A stretch of DNA of 64,000 nt from Octopus sinensis (lineage: Eukaryota). The notes below the pieces were generated by a model, which saw only the letters and a list, made by a program, of their open reading frames with translations, was not told where the DNA came from and ran no database searches. This document shows positions 63,935 through 64,000 of this stretch, piece after piece. The stretch lies in the NCBI RefSeq assembly GCF_006345805.1, contig NW_021831286.1, forward strand, positions 372,001 through 436,000, read 5' to 3'. Position numbers and translations under genes: made by a program. How positions within the stretch are numbered: position 1 is the stretch's first letter; every line of letters begins with the position of its first letter.

Positions 63935-64000
63935 TGGCCAAATAATAAAATGTATTTTAATTTTGCAAATAGGTCAACCAAATAATAATAAATTTTAAGT

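Overview
AT-rich nuclear DNA from a highly reduced animal, not a prokaryote. About 20 compact host genes are split by 22-32-nt spliceosomal introns, so several are missing or fragmented in the ORF track. They include an RGS protein, a SAP-like+RING ligase, MARCH, a CDK, LSM7, TSFM, PRC1, PITP, ING4/5, CCDC137, an mTERF-like gene, GFOD1, SLC6, MLH1, FAM8A1, a GID8-like gene and an invertebrate-type claudin. Intron size and gene content best fit a dicyemid mesozoan (inference; a myxozoan or other reduced parasite is not excluded). Much of the window is transposon-derived: Ginger-type, several hATs, MULE, Tigger/pogo, Tc1, and CRE-, RTE- and Jockey/I-like LINEs, often nested, with identifiable TIRs and TSDs. 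Main observations: (1) DNA transposases of unrelated families carry host-type ~25-nt introns; (2) a strong gene-scale A/C-to-G/T strand-skew flip, visible even inside introns; (3) 3' splice sites apparently chosen by a minimum-length ruler, plus a few non-canonical junctions; (4) a conserved LINE 3' stem-loop overlapping the last codons; (5) large duplications bracketing nested transposons. Single-base homopolymer indels suggest long-read errors, so some frameshifts may not be real. All gene models were read by eye.
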